Positions 1 to 11,420 are shown, counted from the first letter of the whole stretch. The stretch: 54,516 nucleotides of DNA, filler included, from Sluysia triapertura (GCA_046118255.1; 4 parts of 4 records of this genome joined end to end with filler, not necessarily neighbours in it); one strand, 5' to 3'. Notes: generated by a model not told the origin, from the letters alone. Translations and numbers: made by a program.

Positions 1-258
1 ATTTCAACGAAGTTTATAATACTTCATCTGTTACTTCTCATCAATTCTTTCTTCATTTGTAATTCTATATATATTCTCTACTCGTCTCTTAATCTAAAGT
101 TGGGCAATCCCAACACTAATACGAAAAGCATAATTTTAGCTTCCTCCAGATATAAAGATTATGCTCTTCGTATTACTTTAGCAGGATCTTGCATAGCAGT
201 TGTGTAAGAGAAAAATCGCCATTGACGCCATATGGTGGTCCCGGGCTGAAAGGGTTAA
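1..258 (-). mobile_element. piggyBac-like element terminus (5' end on minus strand; rest extends beyond window start)
   Basis: Minus strand reads TTAA|CCCTTTCAGCCCGGG... (TTAA at 255-258 followed by a CCC terminus, the piggyBac signature). A decayed N-terminal-like ORF (MQDPAKVIRRA*SLYLEEAKIMLF) follows. No partner end in the window. Confidence 0.45.
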
Positions 259-385
259 TTTAATCCATTTATAATTTAATTTAAATCTTATAGTTCTGCA
301 GAATTTTAACTTTTTTAATTATACCTTAAATGAACAATAATATTAGTAACAATATTAGTAACAACGACAAATAATCATAAAAATA

Positions 386-640
386 TGTAGCGTACAAATA
401 TCTACTGAAGTTGAGAAATAAACATAAAACCTTATCATCTGTTAGTAATCTTCACAAAAAGAGGTGAGAGTTGAAAGAGAAAAAACTGGTGTAGCAAAGG
501 AGTTCATCAGATCAGAAATCGAATATAACATTTCTATAACTTTAAAATCTCTTCAGCTAAAATTAGCGTAGATTAGAACTGTTAATCATTGTTTAAATGA
601 GTTTAAATAGTTTTAAAAGAGTTTCACTGATCCCTGGACA
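386..640 (+). mobile_element. LTR-like unit (TG...CA) at the head of cassette A
   Basis: Starts TGTAGCGTAC and ends GATCCCTGGACA, resembling the GGATCCTGATACA/GGACCCTGCTCA ends of the other LTR-like units. Shares TATCTACTGAA-like sequence with the unit at 32528-32720. A G-free tract follows shortly after. Confidence 0.35.
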
Positions 641-699
641 CTGAAAATAGTATAGATAAAAGACAACTTTACTATGTAAAATATCTAACATTCATAATT

Positions 700-1160
700 A
701 AATTGCAAACATTCACAACATAAAATTTCATAACATCAAAATCATATTCGATACCGAAAGTCATCAAACATATACTTAAAAAATTAATTTAAATTTAATT
801 CAACATATCACACATTCCATAACATTTTAACTACTTTTCAATCAAAACATTTTTCATATTTTATTTCTTTCAGATCCACTAAAACTATTTTCATTTCAAA
901 ACATTTTAAATTTACAACCCTACTACACAAAAACCACATCTACATTCAAAACAATCAATCTACATCTTAAAATCAACCCAAAATATTTCAAATTTACAAT
1001 TTTTAACATTCAATCTTTAACATCACTCAAAATATTGAATCAACACTTTGAAATCATTTTTAGACAGTGCAATCAAATTGTTACTTCTTTAACATTTTTA
1101 GTTACGTATTATTTTCTTTAAACATTTTCCTATCAACACTTCTACACATCACATATCTTA
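700..1160 (+). repeat. G-depleted C/A-rich tract (dispersed family)
   Basis: Only one G between 771 and 1036. The motif AAACATTTYAAATTYACAAC-like recurs at ~900, ~985, ~43510 and in reverse complement at ~32510. Confidence 0.7.
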
Positions 1161-1536
1161 GTAATCCCGAACAAGGTCTTTTTCAGTAGAATCTTAAAAG
1201 AATTTTACTTTTATATAAGAAATCATTTTCAAGGAATTTTAAATATGTCAAGAAACAAGATAATATACAAGAAAAGATCATATTAAGACAAAAAAGACAA
1301 AGATTTGTTTTTTTCACAATTCAATTCATTTTATTTTTCATTATAATTATTATTATTTTCATCATTCTTATTATCATTATTATTTATTATTATTACTATA
1401 ATTATTATGATCATTAGTATTTCTCATTAGTTTTAATTAAAAATTGTTATTTAGTGGTTTCTACCACTATCTATACTGTCATTACTGATAATTATTGTCT
1501 GGTTCATGTGCAAAAAAATTAATTTTGTCTTGTTAC

Positions 1537-1607
1537 TTGATTGGATGTCCAATCAGTTCTACTTTATCATTATATATTTATTTCACATTTGACTGGACAT
1601 CCAATCA
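1537..1607 (+). promoter_or_regulatory. double ATTGG-N-CCAAT palindrome (paired inverted CCAAT boxes)
   Basis: TGATTGGATGTCCAATCA ... TGACTGGACATCCAATCA, ~300 bp upstream of the 1906 ORF. A homologous copy lies at 31945-32013. Confidence 0.5.
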
Positions 1608-1905
1608 CAAATAGTATACATCGTGCTGATCGTAATAATTTAGTCTGGCGACAAACCGATGCTAATATTATTGGATAATACTATTAACAACAGGATACAT
1701 CAAATATATAGTCAGCAATAAAAATTAAAAATAAACTTTGTCAGAATTTTATTTTAATCTGCTTATACTCTATAGAACGATATATAGTTATTTAGATTAA
1801 TATAGATATAAAGAAAACGTGTTCCTATCAAAGTTTTCAATTAAATTATAGTCTTTTATTTTGTAATTCTTTTGGTGAAAAGTAAAAATTAAAATTTTAA
1901 AAACA

Positions 1906-2623
1906 ATGTTGATGCTTACGTTAAATGAATTGTTTGATTTTAGATATTATTGTGATCATAGCATTTCAACAATTAATATAGTACTGTATTCTCATCAAAA
2001 AGATAATTTAAAAATCGGTTATGTTGTTTGTCCTGTTAACAGCAAGCAAATAAAAGATGATAAAAGTGATGGTAAATTTGATGTATTGTGATATTTTAAA
2101 GACTCGAATAGTTATTTTGTAAATAGATTAGTACATGTACAAAACATCGGTACAACAAGTTTGCTTGAACAAAATTATACACCTCAATTTAAACAATTTA
2201 GTTTAAATCATGTTTATTCGTTGAATTATAATATGGCAAATAAAAATAAAAATATTCCTAGATTAATTATAACAGTTGATGAACAAGTTATAAAAATTTC
2301 TGTTATAGAAATTTTTAGCTTTTTACAAACTAGTTATCACTAATATAGTAGATGTATATTCTTATGTCAAGACAAATAAAGTAACATCATTAAAGACAGA
2401 CGTGTCAAATGAAAGATCAAAAACTGGCTGTTCTAAGTTTTTCTATAACGATAAACAAGGCGGGTCTTTGTATGAAACAATCCAATCTGGGGAATGTGGC
2501 AATTATGGCCAGAATTGCATGAACTATCACACCATTTATGAACTTCAAAATGTTCCTGTTTATCCAGCTTGCTTCGTCGATCACTGTCAGAATAAAATCT
2601 ATTTTATCGGATTTGGGAATTGA
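1906..2623 (+). pseudogene. disrupted CCCH (TIS11-like) zinc-finger ORF
   Basis: ORFs 1906 and 2161 are one frame interrupted by TGA at 2089-2091. A frameshift near 2330-2340 leads into RSKTGCSKFF...GECGNYGQNCMNYHTIYELQ (C...C-x6-C-x3-H then EL, like the RYKTxxC...GxCxYGxxCxFxHxxxEL pattern). Confidence 0.5.
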
Positions 2624-3673
2624 ATTTTATTTACAAAATCTAGTAATTTTATGCTGACAATTTTACGAGTGATGGTAATAATTATGTATTTTTATTCGAA
2701 TTTTATTAACTTAAATCAATTTTTATTGTTATATGAACTATGAATATTTACCGCGGCATAACCAGAAAATAACAAAACAATTTTTAAACATAATTATATT
2801 TTACATAAGAATGTTAAAAATAAATAGTTTTCGTCTTTATTTTCGCTTGTTATCAAATTTTAAAAAGATTAATTTGAATCTTGTTGTAAAGTTTTCAAAG
2901 ACATAATTTTAACAATATTATTCAATTCTCGTTAACAGATATTAATAAAAGCAAATTAATTTTATCAATAATGATTTTAACACTTAATTTAAACTCAAAC
3001 ATCAACTTCCAAACTTAGGATCTTAGGTGAATTCACACATAATATTCAAAACATTTTATTGTTATACAAGTTTTTCCATAGTTCTCTAGAATGTATCAGG
3101 CAAAATGCATTTGCATTTTCATTACTGACTAATTCAAGGAGATGAGAAGAATTTATGAGATTGTATAATTCAACTGTTCCTGAAGTACAGCAAGAAGTCC
3201 AGAAAAAAAACGCCAAGAGAAAAAAATTATTAGAAGAAACAATGAGCCAATTTTGTAATATACATCTAAAGATAATACTTGTTATTTAATTAGCCACTTT
3301 TAAGAGAAGTTTGATTATTAAATAAATTCAATATAGTTATAAGAGATCCTACAGTTCATTACTTTTTATTTATAAAGTAAGTTAGTAAATGTAATTTTTA
3401 TGAATAAATGAAACTGCCAGATAATCCATAGTCTGAGAGTTATTCAATATATCTCAGTGATTAAAAGATAAGAAACTGAAATAAATTCAGGAAATGAAAA
3501 TAGAACATACTCTCAGAACGAATTTGGTCGAGGAAATTTTGTGGTATGTTTTTATTATCGGTATTCAGGGTAAAAGGTTTTTACTGAATTTTTAATGACG
3601 ACGTAATTTTTACACATTTTATTAATATCAAAATAAATGAAACTTTTATTACTTCTTGAACATTCTGCGATAT

Positions 3674-4263
3674 CTACCTTTGAACATCCTATAAATAAAA
3701 TTATAAAATCATTTAATAAAAATTATTATAAAATTATAATAAAAATTATAATAAAAATCAAGAGTCTTGTAATGTTTGGAAAAGAGAAAAATTACCTTAT
3801 GCAAATATTTAGTAAGAGAACAGGAGACTGGTAATAACTCGTTTGGTCCATGTGCATAAGGACAATGATCTGAATATTTGACATTGACCCGAAAAGGTGG
3901 TTGAAAAGGATGCCATGCACATTTAAGATTTGACTTCATATCTGGAAAAGTGTTGTTTACATAACAAGGCATTTGAATTTCATAATTAGAATTAATTATA
4001 TCAAAACGTTTTGTCGACAATTGATATTCTAATCGACTGATTTCGTATTTATCTGTTTTCGACGTGAATTCATCATAGGGACTTTTAGACGATGAAAATT
4101 TTATTGAAATATCTTGTAAACTTGAGTAAAAAGTAAACTTTTTGTTACTCTCATTGATTAATAAATCATTGAACTTACTTTCATCATAATAATTTGACAT
4201 GACTTTAAAAGACATTTGAAAATCGAAATATTTGTTTAAATCTGGAAAACCAACTCTTTTCAT
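3674..4263 (-). CDS. divergent CCCH zinc-finger protein; probable exons 4263-3796 and 3688-3674
   Basis: 184-aa ORF containing PC...KC...YSDHCPYAHGPNELL (CPYAHGxxEL is a typical CCCH finger end). Donor AAG|GTAATT at 3795 and acceptor TTTATAG| at 3689 give a 107-nt intron and terminal exon DVQR*. Confidence 0.55.
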
Positions 4264-5201
4264 TGATTAAGGACTATATAAATAAATTGATTAAAAATGA
4301 TGATCTTTTACGGAGACTTTGTAAATTGATTATTAGTAAAAAAATTGATTCACTATTAATTCTGAAATATAATTGAGGTTAACTAATTTTTATCCAATAA
4401 TGACTGCTAAGATGATTTATAAAAGTTAATTTTTTATTTATTTAAATAATTGTTGTGTTTAACTTTATTTTCAAAATTACTCAACCATCTAAATTCATAC
4501 AATTGTGATTGTTGTGCCAAAAATATAAATGCCATATGCAGTGTCGGCACAACCTGTATATGTAGATGGCTTTTAAACATCCTTTCCAATTAAATTCTAA
4601 TTAATTTGATATATCATTTAATTTTAGATAATTAAAATGCTGCCAATCGTGACAGTTAATATAGTAGGAAACTACAAAATCCAATTAATGGCAATGCTAT
4701 AAACAGATGACAATAATTAAAAATAATAGTACAAATAATAATAATAATATTGTAACAATAAAATAATAATAGTAATAATAATAATATTAAAATAATAAAA
4801 TGGTAGTGATTAATAATAATATAAAATAAAATAACATAAAATATATAATAATAAATAATATAATAAAAAATAATTAAAAGCATAAATTCAATTCTTTCAA
4901 ACATTTTTCTTTAATTCATAACAACTTTCTTTTTCTTTACAAAAATTTTGAAATTTTTCTAATTCTTATAAAACAAATAAGTTGAACTATATAAGAAATA
5001 TAAGGTTTTTCATGCATTCTTTTATAAAAATATACATGATGAAAACTTAAGTAGAATGAAAAATCTTTTTTTACTATTTAACAATTTTCACAAAATAATG
5101 TAATTTTAAATTAGACTCAATGCAAATAGATTTACTTATTAAATAATCTGATGGGGTTCTTTTAAATAACCTACGCAACAAAATAAAAATTAACTTATAT
5201 T

Positions 5202-5455
5202 CGTGAGTTCACCAACGTACTAAGCTTACCGGTTAGGGCTAGCCGTTGGATTTTTGCAATTGAAAAGACTTTATTTGGAAATAAAAATGTCTTAGCGCTT
5301 ATTAACTTTGAAGTGTTTGCTGGCTAAATTAAAATAAAGATTCGGAGGTTTGTAAATAAAAATTTATATTATTACAATAGTTTACGATAATCAAATGATT
5401 TTACGAGTTCAGAGTTATATTCTGAATAAAGCTTCACTGTGCGGTTGATTTTATA
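5202..5455 (-). mobile_element. LTR-like unit, homologous to 44496-44741
   Basis: GTGAGTTCACCAACGTACTAAGCTTAC...CCGTTGGATTTTT aligns with the reverse complement of 44686-44740. Co-oriented with, and upstream of, the 4263 CCCH ORF. Confidence 0.55.
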
Positions 5456-5803
5456 AATTTGAAATTATAGAAATTAATGGTTATTTAATAATAAGAACTT
5501 CTTAAATAATTTATATATTCACAAATTTAAAATACAAATGTTTAACACCTATGAATAGGTATGATACAACAATATAATTAAAAATTTCGAATATTACAAT
5601 AATTAACTATTAATTGGTTTTTAAATGGGCAGATTTTACAGATATATATTACCCTGAAACTCTTAACAGTTTCTAAAAATCTTTATAAAATTAATATTTT
5701 GCATGTATTTTATGACGATACTTATTAGTATCAAATCCTAATGAAACAAACTAACTTAAATTATTTTTTAGACGTCCAAAGTAAAAAAACTTTGATCAGT
5801 TGA

Positions 5804-5985
5804 TTGCTTTGTTCTAAAAATCGTAAATGTGACTACCAAAACTGTCAAAATAAGAACTGTATTGTAAAAGTGGATTGCTAAAGTAGCTCGTATGAATAAC
5901 TTGTGTGAACAAGGATCGTGCAACTAAATTGTATCAACGAATTGCGAGAATAAATTTCTTTTGTGTATTAAGTTGGATGTGACCT
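5804..5985 (+). pseudogene. decayed Cys-rich zinc-finger-like fragment
   Basis: LLCSKNRKCDYQNCQNKNC (C-x5-C-x4-C-x3-N; Nab2/ZC3H14-type spacing with His replaced), then LCEQGSCN*IVSTNCENK in another frame. Stops and frameshifts present. Confidence 0.3.
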
Positions 5986-6616
5986 TTATTTATAATTTAT
6001 AAAAATTTATAATAATTTATATTATTAAATTTATAATATAATATTTAAAAATACTGGCGTTAGTTTAGGAATTATTGTTTTTCAAAATATAAAATAATTA
6101 TCCAAAAAATTTACCAAAACAATTAATTTAAAATTTCCAAAAATTCAAAATAATATAATCAATAATAATATAAATCAAAGTCAATAAAGTTTTAAAATAA
6201 TAAAGTTTTATTAATAAAGTTTTAAAGTTTTAAAGTTTCCAATTCAATTTCACAATTCAAAGGAAACACGCGTAGCTCACTTTGTTAAACCATAAGCTAA
6301 GGTATGTATATTTGTGAGATCCTTCCTTAGTAAATATAGTAAGTTAAGGAACAAATATCACTGAAGTAGTTATATGATTTCATTGATTAATTTGACAAAC
6401 TGTGGTCACTTAAAATGTACTTTTGATAATCCGATCTTTTATTAAACAGCTCTGAGTTAACATTTGTTTGTATTGTTAAATATTAATAATGCAAGTGCTA
6501 CTAAAAAGAAACTAAGTTGTTCAGATAATTCTGAAATGTTACATATCTCAGATTCGATAGAGTCCGAAACATTACGTTCTACATTTGACAAAATTTTCAA
6601 TAAGGATCGAACTGAT

Positions 6617-7017
6617 ACTTTTCAATATACTTTCATTTGGATGACAAGGAGCATAAATCTAATAACAGTACTGCTATCTGTGGCAATCCTTTTGAGGTAC
6701 CCTCGCGGGAACTCAAAGTTTTGTACATACACCGTGAACACTGAAAGACTGGTTTGAGAATTTATTGAGGTAGGTGTACGTTCTTTGTCTTATTCTTAAT
6801 TTCTTTGACATATTCATTAGGTAAAAATTTTACAATAAAATTTCAATAAATTCTTTTATGATGTGAGTTTTGGTAGGGCACAAATTTACTTTTTAGAAAA
6901 ACTCTAATTTCTGGCACCCATTTACTTTTAAACCAATGTTTAAAGATTCTTCTGTCCATGTATGCTCCTTTTTTACTATTGTAGTCAAGAGGAAGATACT
7001 TTTTTTCTGTTCCTTTT
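6617..7017 (-). mobile_element. Tigger/pogo (Jerky-like) DDE transposase fragment, split by an insertion
   Basis: KGTEKKYLPLDYNSKKGAYMDRRIFKHWFKSKWVPEIRVFLKSK // KGLPQIAVLLLD-(frameshift)-YAPCHPNESILKS matches the DDE_1 consensus LPVxY...AWMxxxIFxxWF...FVP...KAVLLLDNAPSHP. Confidence 0.8.
6693..6882 (-). mobile_element. 190-bp TG...CA insertion (solo-LTR-like) inside the Tigger fragment
   Basis: Starts TGTGCCCTACC and ends GGGTACCTCA. Flanks AAATT/AAAGG fit a decayed 5-bp target duplication whose removal restores ...SK-GLP. Confidence 0.55.
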
Positions 7018-7058
7018 TGTATTTTCTAAATATTATCAACGGGTAATCGGGAGATTAC

Positions 7059-7091
<33 letters not shown>
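7059..7091. repeat. (TA)n(TG)n compound microsatellite
   Basis: Directly visible. Confidence 0.9.
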
Positions 7092-10068
7092 TTACATTAC
7101 TCGTGAAAGTATTTTAACACTTAACGAAACTAGAGAGTACCCTAGAATTTAATGCAATTGTTTAATTAATTCACTTTATTATAAAAAATTTATTTCTCTA
7201 ATTCTAAGGCAGCCTTAATAATTTTTTTACGTACGTATAATTTGTAAATAATGTAAATCTAAAAGGAATTTTTGAAAATAAAGTAAATTTAAATGAAAAT
7301 TGTAAAAAATAAATTGATTTAATGAAAATTTGTATAAAAATTGTTAATTAAAATTGTATCTGAGAAATAAATTATTATGAAAATTATCAATTAATTTTAA
7401 TTAATTTTAAAGTTTGAAATATTAAAAAAGGAAGTTAAATTATTTGATTGACTTAAAAGTATAATATTTATTAAGAAAACCGAAATTTAATCATTTATTT
7501 ACATTATTAATGGACTTATTTATTTCTATTAAATATTTGTTTATATTATTTCGTTAAAACTTAAATATCAATATTATTCATTAAAATAAACAAATTATTT
7601 ATTATTGGCAAAAAAGCGGTATAAAAGCGGTATAAATATTGTAACGAAAATAGCACTACCGCAGCGCTAATTACAACTAAAGATTATTTTCAGTAAATTT
7701 TCAAGTGACCAGTACATATTCTTTCGGAATTGTCAATATTTTATCGGATTCGATCATATTTAATTAACATTCGTCAATACTAGATTGATCGGTGATCTAT
7801 ATTACCAATTTATCGAAACCATTCATATTGAAGAGTAATAATATCCGGAATTTTAATGAATAAGTATGATATTTTTTGTTAAGGTTTGGCATTAATATTT
7901 TGCCTTAAAATCGACTTAAACTGACCATTTTTTTTGAAACTCAAGCATTCGCCTGAGTCAAAATCTTAATTAAAATACGACGTTTATTTTTATCCATGAG
8001 AAATCCTGAGTTTTTATATTTATATATCTATACATCATTAAAATCTGTTGTATAATTTATATTTTTGTTTATTTTTGAAAAAATAGATAATTGTTTCGAA
8101 GTTTTTGCGTTATAAATTCGAATATAGTAATAATCAATTTTGTAATTAAATTTTGATCGATTAATTTCTGAATAATTATTAAGCATTTTGTAAAGTTCTA
8201 AGACTCATTAAATTAAAATTACAAGTGTAAAATATATTGACAAGTAATAAAATAACTCAAATAAATTAGCGACTACGAAGTTATTGAAAAATATCACGAT
8301 CATTGCATCCAATAGTAGTAAGGAATTATTTATGTAGCATTTTTCACCAAAAAATCCTGTGAGTACGTCTTTCACGTAATATAAACCGTGTATCACAGGC
8401 GAACCCTTAAGTTTAATAATCTTATAATTGTTTCAAATTCAGAAAAGCTGAACCCACACATATATATATATATTTCTCTTTTCTTCACTTAACCAAACAA
8501 TGTCAATGAATATATTTATTACAAACAAAAACTTATAAAAATTAAAACAAAATATAAATATATAAAAATACAAATTATTATAAATATACAAATAGTAATT
8601 TTTAGTTTATTATTAATATCACTCTTAATAATTTTGAGATTTTAAAGTATCTTTATTCTAGTTTCTTGTACTAGGAAAAATTTACAAATATAATTTAAGT
8701 AAAATATTGAATTATTTAAGAGACGAAACTTAGCAAAATATAACTTACCATTACAATAAGATCAAAACTATTCTCCGTTAGCGTTGGATCAGATTATAGA
8801 TGATTTATTATTAAATCAATGGTAATGGTATCAGCGATTGAATATTAATAAGTTTAAAGACCGGATAAATGCTAGCAAATCAATAGTAGTAGTACCGACA
8901 ATCGAATAAATGTGAATGTCCAAGCAATTGATGATTCAACAATCAAGAATATCAGTATGAAATCGTAGCTGAATTTTATATTTTTTTACTTTATTGTCTT
9001 TTTAATAACCAACACTTCTTCTACAGTGATTGCAAGACATTTCTAATTTACGCCAATAAATTGTTCTTATTCAGAAATTTATTATTATAATTATAATAAT
9101 AATTATTTTCATGGTATCAATAATAATAGTAATTATTTTTCATTATATCATTTTAATTACCATCATTATTATGACGTAACAACCGACATTAAATCATAAT
9201 AGTTCAGGATGATTATTGTTGTTCTTAGTACATAACAAATACACAATATTACTCATAGACAATCTAGATTAAACATGAAGAATTTTAAACGCATATTATA
9301 AATATCAAAATTATATAATTGTAATCTTTTTAAAATTATAATGATTAATTGTTAGCATTAATAAATAATAATAACATTCGATAATTTAACAAATTTCTGT
9401 TTTCTAAATTGTACAAGCAGTCACATTTTAGTTAGAAATCATAACTAAGAAAATCGTTGTGAAAAATTTCTTATTCCTCTGCACTATAAATATCTGCTCT
9501 TCCTTTTGTGTGGACAATCAAATTATTGATGAAGTTTGACTATCTTGGTTACAAATTATCTTATTTTTCATCACAGATATTAACTTTTATTCTTTGTAAT
9601 TTATACGTTGAATGCCGCGATTAATTAATTGTCTCTTTCTTGTTAATTTTAAGTTTAATTAATTTTTTAAGTTCAATTTTGATATGAATATAAACTTATG
9701 CTATAATTGATTTAGGTTATCTGAATATTTTGTATTATTTATTCTTTTTTTATTGAAGTTTGTTGTTTAATATAGATAATTATTTATTTATAAGAATAAT
9801 TAACTAAACAAAACAAATTAATCTGTCATTAATCTATACCTACTCTCAAAATGTGAGGTCAACAAGTTTTAATATTGATAAAAACTGAAATTTTGTTAAT
9901 TTAAATGTTTTATTAATGAAAAATGAATTTATTTACTTATTTCTAACGTTAAAGTTTAAATAAATATCAATTTTAATTTTATTGATTAATTAATATTATT
10001 TCGAAAGACAATTAAAATTTAAATTTGTGATTTTAATTAATTATTTTTTCGTGATAGTCGGTTATAAT

Positions 10069-10824
10069 CAGTGTTTAGCTACAGGAGGTCTCGCACCAGC
10101 CCCTTGTTCCTGAAAAACATATTTATTGTATGTTATCCTGAAACGTGGAATATGGAAGAAGTTACGTGTCCATGGCCAGAAGGAGAAAATAGAAAAAGAA
10201 CTTTGAATTTTATTTTGGAAAAACAAATTAAAATAAATGATTTTACAGATTTAGTAGAAAACTCACTAGGTAGAAAATTCCAAATCGAAATTCCCAACAC
10301 CGTGAAAAAAACCAGGGTCATTATGGAAATAATCGCAGTTAGCAGCGCTGAAGCTGAACAAGCTTTTAGTTCCATGAATAATATCGTTGCAATGAAAAGA
10401 TCTTCTCTCACTTTTAAATACGTTTCGGATTTTATGACGATCTGCTTAAATGGGAAATCTTTGGAAGAATTTCACCCTAACCCGTACGTTAAATCTTTTT
10501 TGAAAAATCATCGTTAGATAAATCTAAAAGATCACCAGAACTGAAGCAGGAAGGAAATACAGTATGGCAACTTCAGACATAAGTTGTTAATATTTTCTTG
10601 TAGTAGTACTTTTAGTTATTATTTACAAATGGCATATTTTTTTATTTTATTCTATTATTCAGTAATTAATATAATATTGTTTTTGTGTAAAATAAACCAT
10701 TTAATTAACATTATTTTGTTTTTTACACGTCATTCGCATTGACACATTGCTAGAGTACTAGTTCATACGATTCTCGAGAAAGAAAGAACCAGCCCATTGT
10801 TAAAAATTTCATTGCTCACCACTG
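10069..10824 (+). mobile_element. internally deleted hAT element carrying the C-terminal dimerisation domain (ZNF862/KIAA1586-like group)
   Basis: ORF 10071-10517 contains IAVSSAEAEQAFSSMNNIVAMKRSSLT...ICLNGKSLEEFHPNPYVKSF (hATC motif). Imperfect TIRs CAGTGTTTAGCTA / CAGTGGTGAGCAA. An 8-bp TSD is not preserved. Confidence 0.75.
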
Positions 10825-11039
10825 GTTTGTTCGCTTTCTTCTTAATATCCATATGGAAGACACGGTTACATATTTTAAATGTATTCTAACAAATCTAAAT
10901 GTATTTAAACTAAAAATCTTTACGTAAAGGTTGTTTTGAATAGATTTTACGTATATACTTGACATTTTATGATATGGTAACAGTTCTTTGTTATGCAGTA
11001 AAATATAGAATGTTAGAGTGAATTTCTAGATGATAACTA

Positions 11040-11420
11040 ATGTTTTTGACTGAAAGCGACATTTGAACTTTGGGAGATTGCAAATAGAAGAGTGTGGTTT
11101 AATAAGTGCGAAAAGATAAATTATAGTATATTTGAAAGGTTATAGTGCAATGTTATACGTGATTTGTTTTCTTGATGTTTTTAAGTGGTATTGTACTTTG
11201 TGCTGTTAGTGATTAAGATGTTGTAATTGATTCGAAGGTGTAAAGTGGATAATTTCAAATGTGGTTATTATTTGATTATTGTGAATGTCGAGTTATATGT
11301 TTTTGATGGATTTGTTGGTGTAAATTGGTGGTATTGGATGTAAATGTGAAGTGTAAGTTATAAGATTGTGAATAATATAATGTGTGAATATTAGAATGTT
11401 AAGGGTTATTTTTATCAAAT
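11040..11420 (-). repeat. C-depleted G/T tract (reverse-orientation counterpart of the G-free tract family)
   Basis: Only 6 C in 11161-11400. The reverse complement resembles 700-1160 in composition. Confidence 0.55.

Noticed and set aside
4656-4904. Hydrophobic I/L/Y/F-rich ORFs (also 8208, 33058, 38368, 38846, 48200)
   Set aside because: Translation artefacts of (TTA)-rich low-complexity DNA.
6464-6757. Plus-strand ORF (likewise 10133, 20651, 24358, 27285, 53263)
   Set aside because: Antisense shadows of better-supported coding remnants on the opposite strand.
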